Shown piece by piece: positions 11,204 through 24,115 of a stretch of DNA of 64,000 nucleotides; position 1 is the stretch's first letter, and each line of letters starts with the position of its first letter. Below the pieces are notes generated by a model, which had not been told where the DNA came from, did no database searches, and was given only the letters and a program-made list of their open reading frames with translations. The position numbers and the translations under genes were made by a program. The DNA comes from Eledone cirrhosa (lineage: Eukaryota): NCBI GenBank assembly GCA_964016885.1, contig OZ024743.1, positions 186,744,001 through 186,808,000 on the forward strand, given 5' to 3'.

Positions 11204-13772
11204 ATGCTTCAAGTGAACTATAACCTCCTCCTTTCCTTACGCCTGAGCCAGACCCAGTTCACAACTGTAAAGAAACTCTTCCAGCTATCTGAAAAGCGCG
11301 CCAAAGCCAGCTGCCAAATAAACTTCCTAAAACGATGCCTGAATAACAACATCATCCCCAAAACTATCAAAAATTTGCACCTACCAATATGCTTCAAATC
11401 ACCAGGCCTCAAACGATCACTTAGTTACATACAAAAATTCTGCCTAAGAAAACTCATACAACACCTACACCGCACGCTACAACATCACATACGGACTATT
11501 TCCAGCCTTGTACCACAACTCGCTGAAACCCCAGAACCTCTGTCCAGAGTCATCTCCGCCACTATAGACAGGTCATACCACCATCGCCGAGACTACGAGA
11601 AAATATGTCTAACGCAAAAATTTCTCAAACTCAGGACGGCCAACTGTCTTAACAACATCCCAACTCTAAACACCAACAGAGGCGAACAAGACGGTACCAA
11701 CACCGAACCTAGCGGCGCCCCGACCAACAACACACCTGACGCAAAACACCTCGTCACAGACTTGACAGGATCCCTCTCCCGAGAGGAATTAGACCTCCTC
11801 AGCCTGGGTCCCAAGTTCATATTGAAACAGAGACTAGACGACAAACTATGGCTTGACATAGAAACGAATTTCTGTCGGGCTGCCTACCAACTAAAATGGA
11901 TATCGACTCTCGACAACAACACCACGGAATCCATCAAACCCAGATTCCCGATATACCAACTAGATCGCCCACTGTGTCCTCCGCCTGCCAACCGCGAGCT
12001 TGAAGAAAAACTCTCGAGACTAAAACATTCCGTATTTAACATCTTACGGAAACAGAAGAAGATAGCCCCAAACCTCTCCAGGACACAACAACTCGCCCTG
12101 AAGAACCTACGGAATAGGGAACTTATATACTTACCATCCGACAAAGGTAAAGAGTTTTGTGTCATCTCTCAAGCCACATACAAAAACCTAGCCTTTGAAC
12201 ACCTAAGCGACAGTGAATTATACACAGAGATCCCGGACATGACTGCAGCTCAGATCGAAAAACAGACCAACTCCATTTGGTTCGATATCTGTAGGAGAAG
12301 ACAACTCCCAAATAAAGTTAAGCTCAACTACACCACTAGAAATAGCAGACTGCCCACTTTCTACCACCTCATCAAGACCCACAAGAATAGTACTAAGACG
12401 CAAATAAGACCCATCGTCTCTAGCAAAGAAGGACCCCTATACACAATTTCCTGGCTCCTCTCTCAGGTCCTCAAGCCTCTACTCTCCACCTTTCCCGGGC
12501 ATGTCAGTAGCTCCGACGAAGTTATACGTAGACTACACCAACTCCAGCCAGAACAACTTAAACAAAATAAATACGCTTTTCCATCGACGTTGTCTCCCTC
12601 TACACTACAGTCCCCGCTCATCCAGCTGTTGATTTATTGACGGACTGCGTGGTCGCAGAGGGCATCCACTGCTACGGCCTCCACCCGACGAACATACACC
12701 AGCATTTGTCCTTCACAGTAGACAACACGTACTTCACCTTCCACCACCACACATACAGACAGACAACAGGATTACCCATGGGATCCAGCCTATCGGGCCT
12801 GCTGGCCATTACCTACATGAACCAGCTAGAATGCCGAGCCCTCAACACCTGCCTTCCCATGCCTTCTTCACCCGATATGTAGATGACATACTCATCCTTA
12901 CATCATCCCGTGAGGAGGCAGATAAAATATACACAACATTCTCCAGCATGGACGCCAGAATAAAGTTCAGCATGGAACACCCCGATGACCGCGTATCCCT
13001 ATCCCTACTGGACTTCCAACTCAGGGTAACAGAGGAAGGCAACATCCACACCTGCTTCTATAAAAAAGCCGCCAGCAGGGACCTGTTCGTACATTTCAGA
13101 TCGGCCCTCCCACTCGGTGCCAAGTTCGGATACATAAGGAACGAACTGGCACGTATCCGGAACAAATGCACCGACGCTAGAGACCGAGACACACACACCA
13201 CACATTTCCTGGAAGTACTCAAACTGAACGGATACACGACATCCACCACAAACCGTGCCAGAAAGAACAGAGGACACCACACCCGAGGCACTAACACTTG
13301 CTTCCTGAAGCTCCCACACTTCAGTGAAGAAACAACAACAGCCATCCGCAGAGCCATCAGACGAGAGGGACTAGATATCCAACTGGCCCACTCAGGTCCT
13401 TTTCTACGCGGACAGCTAACCAAAAGACACTCCACCAGACATGACAACTGCTTCAGACTAGCCAACTGCCCCATCAACGACACAGACCTATGCCACCAGG
13501 CTTACGTCGTATACAGACTAGAGTGTGACAAATGCAACAACTTCTACGTAGGTAGCACCACCAGACCACTCCACATAAGAATAAAAGAACACCTCAATAC
13601 TAACGCTTCCTCATTTAAGAAACACCTAGTTAAATGCAAAAACACCGACAAAACCATAACAGTTAGGATAGAAACTAAGGAAAGAAACCTCGGCAATCTT
13701 AGAATTAAGGAAGCACTAATTATAGATAAAACACAACCACCAATCAATAATAGACTAGAACTCAACACCTAA
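11204..13772 (+). pseudogene. PLE RT-GIY-YIG polyprotein with two frameshifts (~12580, ~12850)
   Basis: FLKRC...IIPK, LLSLGPKF, PSDKG, FYHLIKTHK..IRPIVS, (S)IDVVSLYT across the first shift, GLPMGSSLS, RYVDD, VVYRLECDKCNNFYVGSTTRPLHIRIKEH, KEALII..QPPINNR. First ATG at 11204. Confidence 0.93.
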
Positions 13773-14431
13773 TTTATAACCTGATAGGGCTTCTAGCCCC
13801 ATATTTACACCCCCCACACATACGCTTACACCTCCACTTATTCTCTCTCACATATACACACACAAAACCAGTTCTAACACCAGATAACACCTATCCCCCA
13901 CATTTACGAATATACTTATCTTCTCACACTCACACACTCACATACTTACACCTTCATGCATTCTCCCACACACTTAAACAGGCATGTATATATGAAAAAA
14001 ACCCTAAACAAACCTCTTTTAAAAGGAGACTACTCTTTATCCACCTAATTTTAACTCTTTGACATTAGAGATAGAACAGATACTCTATACTATTTCCTGT
14101 CAGCATGGCTTGGCAAGATATTTAGAACGCTGGTTTGAGACCTTTATTTCCCTCTGAAGAAGAGATATTATCTCGAAAATTAAGGACATTTAAATAAATC
14201 TAAGGTAAAAGACGAATTGTCAACAATATCTTTTGCAATTGCATTCTTTTTTCTATGTCCATACCTGCATTGTTTTGGCTTTATTATACATATTCAAACG
14301 TTTATACCTCATTGCACAATTCTTCAAGTGAACCTCCTCCATATATATATATATATCACACAACACACACAAAAACAAGATGGCATAGAACAGAACAAAG
14401 GAGAGGCACAAGACAAAGAAAAGAATCCACA

Positions 14432-14474
14432 GTCACTGAAGAGGTCACAGAATGTGTGACGAAAGAACTTTGAC
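14432..14474 (+). ncRNA. Minimal type I hammerhead in a small element (~14350-14622)
   Basis: gtca-CTGAAGA-g-gtcac agaatgt gtgac-GAAAG-aa-CT-T-tgac. Confidence 0.75.
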
Positions 14475-14615
14475 AATATATGAACAACTATCCGGTTGTG
14501 GAACCAACCAACTGGAAATTTATTTATACATTTTTTTAAATTTATAATTTAATTTATAATAAATTGGAGTGAAAGCAACTGGTGCGTGTGTTGGCAACAT
14601 GAACTCCCAAAGTAT

Positions 14616-14712
<97 letters not shown>

Positions 14713-17700
14713 CATATGCACACACGCTCATGCACACACACACACACACACTCATACACATACACATATGTATATGTGTATATGCAACATAAAAGTTTAG
14801 CTGAAAGTTCTGACTACTTTAGTAATAATCTAGTATTGAAAGTGTTATATTTATATGGTATACTAGTTGCATCTCATTTATCAGTTATATAAGATCCCAT
14901 TGTTGACCTTTACAACCTTTTATAGTTAGTTGAACATATTGGCTATATATGGATGAGTCATAATGACAAATAGGTATTTCGTCTAGCATTAAATACTTTG
15001 ATAATATTAAATTAGCTGACAAATCCTCAATTCCAAGTATAAATGCAAATCATATGAAAGTTAATTAACGTTACTATAATAGGTAATATTTGTTAAGATG
15101 TTGCACTGTAAAAGCAAGTCAATTTGTAGATGTTGAATAACATTTAGTTATTGAAGTAGTTTGTGGTTAAAGTAGTATTTAGTGAACTGCCTATCTTATT
15201 TGAAGAGTTGAAGTTCTGAAATTGTTAGATATTTACGACCTTATTATAATTGTTTCTTGTAGAGGTTTCAGCAAGGTTGCAATCTTTGAGTTGTGTCTCT
15301 AAGAAAAATATATTATACTGCTTCCAACATTCGAAATAAAGGTACATTTTGTTGTTAATATGTAAGCCACTACTCAGCCTTGAAACCTATGGTATAGATG
15401 AATGACTAATGCAATTTCCATTGTTCTAGACACACCATATACTCTGACATGATGAATCTTTAGTTCCAGATCAGCCATGACGAAGCAGACCTAGTGTTAA
15501 AGACATCGCAGCATTGACCATCTTGTATTACTTTCAGATATAAATCTAAGGCTACTTTGCCCGATGTCTCCTTTTTTAAGATGGCAAAATATGATTTGAG
15601 GAAGATTTGGTTATTATTACTAACAGGTTGAGTAACTATATAGAGGCTGTCTTATTCACATGCCTTGTTGTATAGCTTACTCTAATATTCCATATATAAT
15701 TATTCAAGTTCTCATTTTTGCATACATGCAAAAATGAGAATAAAATTATCTGAAATGGGCCTTCATGTCAATGTGTTATATTAAAATTAGAAATATGGCT
15801 ACACATAATGAAACTATGTTCTTAAAGTTCCCAGTGAAACTATGTTCTTAAAGTGAAAACATAATGCAGTGCATATACACACCTATTGCACACTTTGGAA
15901 ATCAATAAAATTAGAAATATTTTTATAGACTTTGATATTTATATTGATTTGTTTCTATTTAGAAATAATTTCTTGTGCTTTATATCTACTGACTAATAGT
16001 TGTTCTTCAAAGTAAAAGATTTGATTAAAAAGGTGAGCCACACAATAGCTTTTTTGAAGGCTTAGCTGATTTCTGAAGACATTAAATATTGATTTTAATG
16101 CAGAGCTGTGAACTCTATAAGATGCACTTGCAGTGGGTCATATTTGATGAAAGTTAATTTGATTATTCCACTGCTCTCTTTTTTTTTTCATTTTTTTTCA
16201 CAGAATCACAAAGTTTTTAACCAATTAAAAAATCAATACATATATATGCTGAAGCTATTAGATAATGTTAGAAGAAGAAAAATACAAGTGACATCCACTG
16301 ACTGTTCTATAGCTTGATACTCTGGAAATGTTTGGGAAGGCAATATTTAGATATTTATAGCTATAAATGTATCTATTTAGTTCAGATGTATGATTAGAAA
16401 TTTGGATTTAGAATTATAAATTACTCTGCTGAATAAATATAATTTTCTGAAATTACATTCACCAGCAACACAGTTCTTTAAATTTATGCTGCACACCAAA
16501 GGAATATAAAATCCCTGAGGTGAAGTTATAAAGGGATCCTGTCATTCACTGTTTCCTGCTTTAATAGACTAAGATGTAGCATTTCTAGTGAGGTTTAATG
16601 AGCATTACACATTCAGATACTCATAATTTCTTTCCAATAACAATCTCTTGTCATTTATTTATTTATTTACAGGAGGGATGATGAGTGAGTGTAAATAAGT
16701 TATATGTTCTCTTTAAAATCTCTGTGGAGGGTATGATACTTGGAAAGAGAAATCAAGGACACTGCAATGTTAAGGTTAAGGGGAGAGACCAGATTTAGAG
16801 ATGATCTCTGCGTCAATCATGGGTAAAAATTAATGGACAAACAGGGAAGAAATATGTTTATTGTATTTTATACTCTTCTGTAACAATATAAAATTGTTAA
16901 TTTTAAAGATAGATATACAATGGTTATTTATAGAAAAAATGAACTATACACCATCCTGTATGATTCATTAACAAATGAAAAAATAAGCAACTATACTGCT
17001 CCTAGACAGAAAACCAGCTGGAGAGATGAATTGTCTGCTCTATTGTGTAGTTCTGTTGTTAACTAATAGAGTGTGAAATATTTCACAGTAGATTTAATAT
17101 TAGTGTTGGAGATGAACACAAAAGAATACACAAGAGGCCTGGCCCAAAACTTTCTTATGAATAGTATGTTTTCAAAAGCAAAGTATTTTCTTTCTACCAG
17201 ACATGTTTTATTTTTATTTTATAGGAAACTGTGCCTACAATTTTTAGGCTGAAAACATTTTATTTACAATAAATTGCTGCTTATCAACAAGAAATTTCCA
17301 TCTGAAAATAAAACCTAACCACAATATCAAGTATATATTCGAGATAAATTCAAAGTCTGCTATACCTGTGACTAATTGTAAGAATTTGAATGAGAAGATG
17401 AAATACATCTGTGGTTAATATAACAACAGAACAGTGTTCAGGGATATCACTGTATGCTGCAGCTGTCACATCAATATTAATCTTGCTCAAGAATAGAAAA
17501 ACCACTTAATTATACAAAAGGAAATATAAAGAGAGCCTAATCAGAAAAATTGAGGACTCAGAGTCAGCATAGTGCAAGATTCAGTTAAATATTTGCTGAT
17601 GAGGTTTTAATAATACTGAAGCATGTCTAGTGTTATCTTTCATATTTGTTAGTTATGCGTGAAACTGATGACAAGTATTGTATTTTTCTTTCTTTCCCGT

Positions 17701-18019
17701 ATATTTATTCGTAATCAAGTTTTTAATGCCCTAATCAATAAATATGTTACACTAAATTACCATATTAGTTCAACGGGATATATTTTAGTATCCCTTCAGT
17801 TCTACAATTATTTATCGTTATTTTCCTTTCACTTTTAATGATTCAAATCATTAACATTTTACCCTTACATAATATTCATTTAACTATGGTTTTACCAATT
17901 AGTTGGCCTAGAGCAACCATTCAAACACAGATGCATAATGCAACATAAACAAAATAAAAGAACCCATGTAAGATGCCTATGTATATTACTAACACCATAA
18001 CACACACAAAGACTATAAT

Positions 18020-18196
18020 TGTTTCTACTTTTGGCACAAGGCCAGCAATTGCCTAGTGCATTACTGGTACTTTATTTTATCGACCTCATAAGGATGAAAG
18101 GCAAAGTTAACCTTGGCGGGATTTGAACTCAGAATGGCAAGGGTTAACTCTATGCGTCAAAGCATGGCATCTGACCCTCTACCGATACTGCCAATC
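18020..18196 (-). mobile_element. tRNA-derived SINE family A with 19 bp TSD
   Basis: TSD CACACACAAAGACTATAAT at 18001-18019 and 18197-18215. Box B-like GAGTTCAAATCCC; central GCCTTTCATCCTT..GGTCGATAAAAT..GTACC block. Confidence 0.9.
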
Positions 18197-18428
18197 CACA
18201 CACAAAGACTATAATATGCAGCCATAAAGTCACACATCTGAATGTGTATAAATATATATATGTGTGAGTGTGTATTTGTATGTCTAGAGATATATACAGT
18301 TTCCAAAATTTATAGCTAAGGCTTTCGAATGTTTGTTCATAAATATACTGTTTCTCACTAGATATACAAATATACATACCGATATGTATACAGCTATGTT
18401 GGAGTGAACACTTTAATTCTCTCCCCCA

Positions 18429-18461
<33 letters not shown>

Positions 18462-18661
18462 AATTTAAATAATTTTAAAAGCCATACAATGCATTAGAAA
18501 GGTGCCAAGATAACAATAGAATCTTACCTTAGCAAATTTAATAATCCCAAATATTTTTGGAAAACCCATTATCAAGGGAGTATCCTGTGAAGGTCTTACA
18601 GGATCTATCAGAGCTGAATTGTTAGGAAGGTAAGTTTAAGTTAAATGTATATATAAGCAAG

Positions 18662-18723
18662 GGAGTGGGTGGTTCTGATGAATGCCAACCAGCGCGAAAC
18701 AGCATGTCAACCTCACTCACTTC
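18662..18723 (+). ncRNA. Type I hammerhead
   Basis: gagtgggtggtt-CTGATGA-atgc caacca gcgc-GAAACA-gca-TGTC-aacctcactcacttc. GUC triplet; extended stem I; weak stem II. Confidence 0.8.
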
Positions 18724-19065
18724 TTTTGCCGAAAATAAGTAAGTGACATAGTCACTACTTTAAAACTGATAGCGAATGGTCTTCTAAATGTTTTTAATTA
18801 AACATACGGTATATTGCCAAATATACTATACATACATTCATATATAGATATAGTTAAAAAGTGAATGTCAAAATGCACCGAAGTATATTTAAAGATTATT
18901 TTTTCTTTAATCTGATAGAATGAATAATTTTAGAATATTGCATTAAAGGTAACTGGTTTTGATTGGTATAAAAATCTTATCAAATATTAAATATATAAAA
19001 AAATGTTTTTTTCCCCTGTATTCTGTGAGCAGTTTAATAGATGTGAATTTTCTGTCAAAATTTCT

Positions 19066-19102
<37 letters not shown>

Positions 19103-19619
19103 CTTTATGAAGTTGTTGTGGTGAAGGTGGAAGTGATGTTCAACAAAATAAGATTCAATTGAATTTACTTGGTTAAAAATAGAAAATGGTCTTACAATGC
19201 ATATTAGTTCAGATGACATTTTTGATGTTTGCGTGTGTGTTTTGTGAGGGTATTAAGGAGGGTTCAATTGTGTAGAAAGGTTAAGAAAGGATATAGAGTT
19301 CTCTTTTGTCTTGTGGTGTGTGATCAATGGAACAGAGTTATTTTAAAGATTTTCTGATAAAAGCCCAACCTAAAACTTGTGGAGAGCTACATCTTCCTCA
19401 AAACAGTGAGTGAGCACACAACTTTAATTTCTTTTGACATTGTAAACCTATATATGAACATACACCATGACTAATGAATAACTGCAATGAAATATTGGCT
19501 AGATACACAACAATCCAGACATCTTGATTATCTTGATCATTATGTTACATTCTCATAGCAATTGAATGCATTGCTATACATACATATAATAATTTCTTAT
19601 TCTCGTAGTCATCTTAAGT

Positions 19620-19950
19620 GAAGATACATGGCTAAGTGGTTAGAGCTTTGAGCATACAATCAGGAGGTTGTGAATGATTCCCTGATCGAGCTGTGTGTTG
19701 CGTTCTTGAGCAAGACATTTTATTTCATGTTGCTCTAGTTCACTCAGCTGTAGAAGTGAGTTGGGATGTCACTGGTACCAAGCTGTATTGGCCTTTGCCT
19801 TTCACTTGAAACACATCGATGGCATGGAGAGGAGAGACTAGTATGTATAGGTGACTACTGGTCTTCCACAAACAACCTTGCCTAGAAAGGGGAACATTCT
19901 AGGTTCAAATTCCATGGTCATTCGTAACAGAAGTGGAGTCTTTACCCTAG
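19620..19950 (+). mobile_element. tRNA-derived SINE (family B head, different tail)
   Basis: ATGGCTAAGTGGTTAGAGC..TTGAGCAAGACATTTTATTTCA..CTCAGCTGTAGAA. Relative at 30490-30640. Confidence 0.75.
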
Positions 19951-20331
19951 TCATCACAAATACTCAGCTTCGTTGAGGAAGAATGTTGAAACATAGACAT
20001 ACTCAGAGTTTTCACTGTTTGCAAAGGTCAGAATAATTGTATTCACTCCATGTCTATTTCAAATTTCAATTATCTTGAGCATACAGTATAGTCAATGCAT
20101 TTGTATGGCTTTCCATTCCTCTCATCCCTCTCTCTTTCTCACTCACTCTCTCTCACTCTCCTCATTGCCTTGCTTTCTTCTGTTCCTTCCCACATTCTTT
20201 GTAAGCAGACGTTTACTTCCACCCTCTCAACTTTTAACTACACACACACACATATTTACACATATGTATATATATACACATATGTATATACATAAACACA
20301 CAAGCACACATATATATATATACATATACAG

Positions 20332-20370
<39 letters not shown>

Positions 20371-20593
20371 TACATATACACATACATATATACATATATA
20401 CACATACATATATACATATATATATATACACATACATAAAAATATATATACACATACATATATATATATATACACATACATATATATATATACACATACA
20501 TATATACATATATACATATATATATATACACATACATATATACATATATATATATATACACATACATATATACTTGACTGTCACCACATATTA

Positions 20594-20632
20594 TGAACCT
20601 GAAGATTGCGAAAGCATGAAAGTACTTGTTCA
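20594..20632 (+). ncRNA. Minimal type I hammerhead
   Basis: tgaac-CTGAAGA-ttgc gaaa gcat-GAA-AGTACT-T-gttca. Palindromic AGTACT stem III; GAAA tetraloop on stem II. Confidence 0.8.
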
Positions 20633-21031
20633 ATTAACACTTGGAATTTAATATTCTATCATACTATTTCATTATAATACCATTATAAATTTTAAAGGAT
20701 TGTAAATAAAACGAGTAAATCAGACAAAGTTGGAATTCCTCTTATTAATATAATCTTCTATACACAATCATACACACCCGTGTATATTTATCTATCTATA
20801 TATATATACATATATATACACATACATATGTACATATATATGTATATATATACACATACATATATATCTATATACATACATATACATATATATATCCATA
20901 TACATACATATACATACATATATATCCATATACATATATATACATATATATATATATATATATCCAAACTGAACCTGAACTGATAAGGTCTGGTTTCTTG
21001 AGTATATCACCATTTATAAAACAAATTTTGT

Positions 21032-21090
21032 ATTTTATGTGATGAGCACGTACCAAAATGTTGGTATCCTTGAAATATATATAATAAAAT
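21032..21090 (+). ncRNA. Decayed type I hammerhead (C3G)
   Basis: attttat-GTGATGA-..tacca..tggta..-GAAAT-atat-ATA-ataaaat. 7 bp stem I. Confidence 0.5.
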
Positions 21091-21365
21091 AAATATGGTT
21101 TTATAAATATAGTTTCCATTTATTAATATCATCCATATTATACTCCAGAAAACTTGTAGAGTGCTTCGATTTTATGTATATATATATATAGTTATTAAAA
21201 TAAATATTAGCTCTAGGTTTCTTATATATTTGATATATATTTATCCTTATCGAGCCCTCTATGGATTTTAGTCTTTATATTTATTATTATTACTATATAT
21301 ATATATATATATATATTTATTTATTAAAATAACAGATTAAAGTTTCGCCCATAACGTTAAGGGTG

Positions 21366-21411
<46 letters not shown>

Positions 21412-21597
21412 CTCTCTCTCAGTATATATATATATATGTATACCTTTCATATATTCGGCTCCTTCAATTTTGCAGAGTTAATTTAAATGTTGAGTAAACT
21501 TGGCTGGTATCTTTAGTAGTATACGTTTATAAGACAAACTAGGTTCTGATGCCATGTGCATTATTTTATATAAGCACACTATTCAGTCTTCTGAGAT

Positions 21598-21669
21598 ACA
21601 CCCACTGATGAGCAAAGAATTGGTAATACCCTTCGCTAAAATTGCGAAACAGCAATACTGTCTGGGTGT
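21598..21669 (+). ncRNA. Canonical type I hammerhead ribozyme
   Basis: acaccca-CTGATGA-gcaa(26 nt)ttgc-GAAACAG-caata-CTGTC-tgggtgt. All core bases and three perfect stems; GUC triplet. Confidence 0.92.
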
Positions 21670-21867
21670 CTGGCAGTTGCCCAATATAGGTTTGTATTTC
21701 TTTTCTTAATTTATTATTTTAAATTGAGTCTGGCAAACCCTATTGTTCATAGTTAGTATTTTTTTCACGCTAGTGAATCTGGTCCCTTATGATTTGAACA
21801 CATATATGTATATGACATATATGTATATATGTGTATATATGTATATATGCACATATATACATATATA

Positions 21868-22232
21868 TCACTGGATCGAGATCTTTGGCACTATGCAGTT
21901 GTACAGAAGACCCGCCTTCCCTTGCATACAAACTAAAACCTACAGTCAGTAGGCACCCCTTAACCCAATATACTCCCCACCCACACACCATACTCCATCC
22001 TCCCATTTCCATCCACTGTAAAGTGGTCATGTAGGTGACACAACAAAAAGCACCCAGTCCACACTGTAAAGTGGTCATGTAGGAGATGCGGTAAAAAGGC
22101 TCCCAGTCCACACTGTAAATGTGGTTGGTATTAGGAAGGGCATCCAGCCATAGAAAACCTGCCAGGGACAGTTCTATGCGAGCAAGACACAGTCTCCTGA
22201 CGAATCCCACCTCAAGTGGAACAAAACCATCC
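21868..22232 (+). mobile_element. RTE LINE 3' UTR fragment
   Basis: Reverse complement of ~54980-55480 (GAAGACCCGCCT, CCAGTCCACACTGTAAA, GGAAGGGCATCCAGCC). Similar tail-only copies at ~33650-33880, 38010-38330, 43860-44095, 56840-57110, 58160-58400. Confidence 0.8.
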
Positions 22233-22339
22233 AATATATATATATATACATGTGGAGGTGGCCAAATCAAATTGATATATGGGACTTTTGAAATGAACTA
22301 AGAATGATAAATTGCTACCCACCTGTTTAGAGGAAATGA

Positions 22340-22800
22340 GAACTTCATGAAAAGACAGCACTTGTCAAGAATAATAAATTATTGGAGCACAGACTAATGC
22401 ATTAATGATAGTTACATTGTCAGTCTAATGAATAAAGATCGTTTTATGTCACTAAAACATTATCTTCATTGAAGGACATTACATTCAGTTAAAAGAGGTT
22501 GATACCAGTTGTGATCCTATATACAATTACAATTAAAGGAAAAACTTATTTTGTGATGAAAGCATACTTGCATTCTATGGCACACTAAAATCCATCAATC
22601 TGTAAAGCTGACCAAAGAAGACATAAAAGTTTGGTATATTTTTAAAACTGTATCTAGATATCACTGCATTGCTGTTTACACCCCAAAACGTAGATGGTTC
22701 ATTAAAATGTATTGACTGTGTTATGTTATGGTTTAGAATTTGCCTTCACCTTAATATGATTAAGAATATTTTCTATCTTGAGGAATCGTTTTAGCTGTAT
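22340..22800 (+). pseudogene. piggyBac transposase relic
   Basis: Manual translation gives SRIINYWSTD*..IVSLMNKDRFMSLKHYLH, then CDESILAFYG and IKVWY. These match piggyBac YWS / M..RF..LH / DES / K.W motifs. Confidence 0.65.
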
Positions 22801-23109
22801 CATGCTGGAAGACCACAGTGGTAAATTATAATGAATAGTAAAAATCTTTCTAGAGATATCACAGATGCTAAACTAATAGAATGTCGTAAAAATATTAAGT
22901 TGTTTAGATCAAATAGATCAATTCATGTCATACTTATTCTCATTGGAAGAAACAAAATAAAGTTGTGGAAATGAATTGTATGGTATGTATTTAATCTTAG
23001 TTGTGGTTAATGCTGATAATATTATTTCTAAGTTAATAGCAAAGCCACAGAAAAATTTTATATTTGATTTTGTTAGAAAACTGAAAAGAAACAATGTTGG
23101 ATTCAAAGT

Positions 23110-24115
23110 TGTTGCTCTTCTTCTTCCTCCCCCACTTATTCCTGAGAGGCTTGTGTGGACAGAATCCTTCCAGCTGGTCCTGTCAGAAGCGAGACGAGCT
23201 GAGCTCATGGATGTTATCCAACCATCTTGTTTGTGGTTTACCCCTGGGTCTCCTGCCTGCTCGTTTTGCCCATAAAATCTGTCCAGTGATTCTATCTTAA
23301 GACATTCTAACAACATTCCCACAGTAGCAGAGCTGTGATCTCTCAATTCAGAGAAGTAGTGACTCTCTGATTTTCAAACTATGCACTCTATTGAGTAACG
23401 TTACTCCAAAGAACCTTAGAAGGAGCATCATTTTGACCACATGTCTTCACAATAGTATTTTTTTGGCTATTACCCAAGATTCATGATCAGAGCTAAGGTT
23501 TGGCAAGAATACCGAATTGAAGATAGCGCAGTTGGCTTTTACACCTACTGCTCTTCTGATTACCGAATGCTGAAGCTGGTGCATTATGGCACCAGCTCCT
23601 GCAATTCTTGCAATTAATTCAGCCTCTTGCTTTCCATCAGCACTTGGCATCAAACCTATAAAGTGCAAGTTGGAGATCACTTTCTGTTGAGTTAAATAAT
23701 TGTTTCTACTTTAGGCACAAGGCCAGCAATTACCCAGTGCATTACTGGTACTTTATTTTATCGACCTTGTAAGGATGAAAGGCAAAGTCAACCTCGGCGG
23801 GATTTGAACTCAGATCGTAAAGGGATGTAACTATGCTGGAAATCATGGCGTCCGACCCTCTACCGAAATAATACTATGTCGTCAGCAAATTTCAACTGAC
23901 TGATTCTACACTTGCCAGTTGTGATACCACTTCCAACCTGGCTGCACATGTCAATTCTGTTCATATAAATAATTGTTTCTACTTTAGGCACAAGGCCAGC
24001 AATTACCTAGTGCATTACTGGTACTTTATTTTATCGACCCCGTAAGGATGAAAGGCAAAGTCAACCTCGGCGGGAGAAGAGGTGACTTCAGATCAGCATA
24101 TAAAGTGTTCTGGCA
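23110..24115 (-). mobile_element. RTE-clade LINE fragment interrupted by two family A SINEs (23695-23865, 23968-24075)
   Basis: ORFs 23447-23680 and 22918-23346 (DGKQEAELIARI..HESWV) are homologous to 1-470 and 60960-61560. GAAGAAGAAG tail at ~23117-23126. Confidence 0.75.

Larger units (their letters stand above)
10244..14340 (+). mobile_element. Near full-length young Penelope-like element: inverted 3' segment + direct pLTR + ORF + pLTR
   Basis: 10244-10867 is the reverse complement of 13693-14306. 10866-11219 is a near-identical direct repeat of 13982-14334. Flanked by (TA)n. Confidence 0.95.

Noticed and set aside
6661-14622. ~32 bp inverted repeat (TGTTATACTTTGGGAG..CATGTTGCCAA) at 6661-6692 and 14590-14622, which could be TIRs of an 8 kb composite transposon
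   Set aside because: The right copy is the 3' end of the small HHR element at 14350-14622, so the left is more simply a short opposite-strand 3' end of the same family. No transposase or TSD can be discerned.
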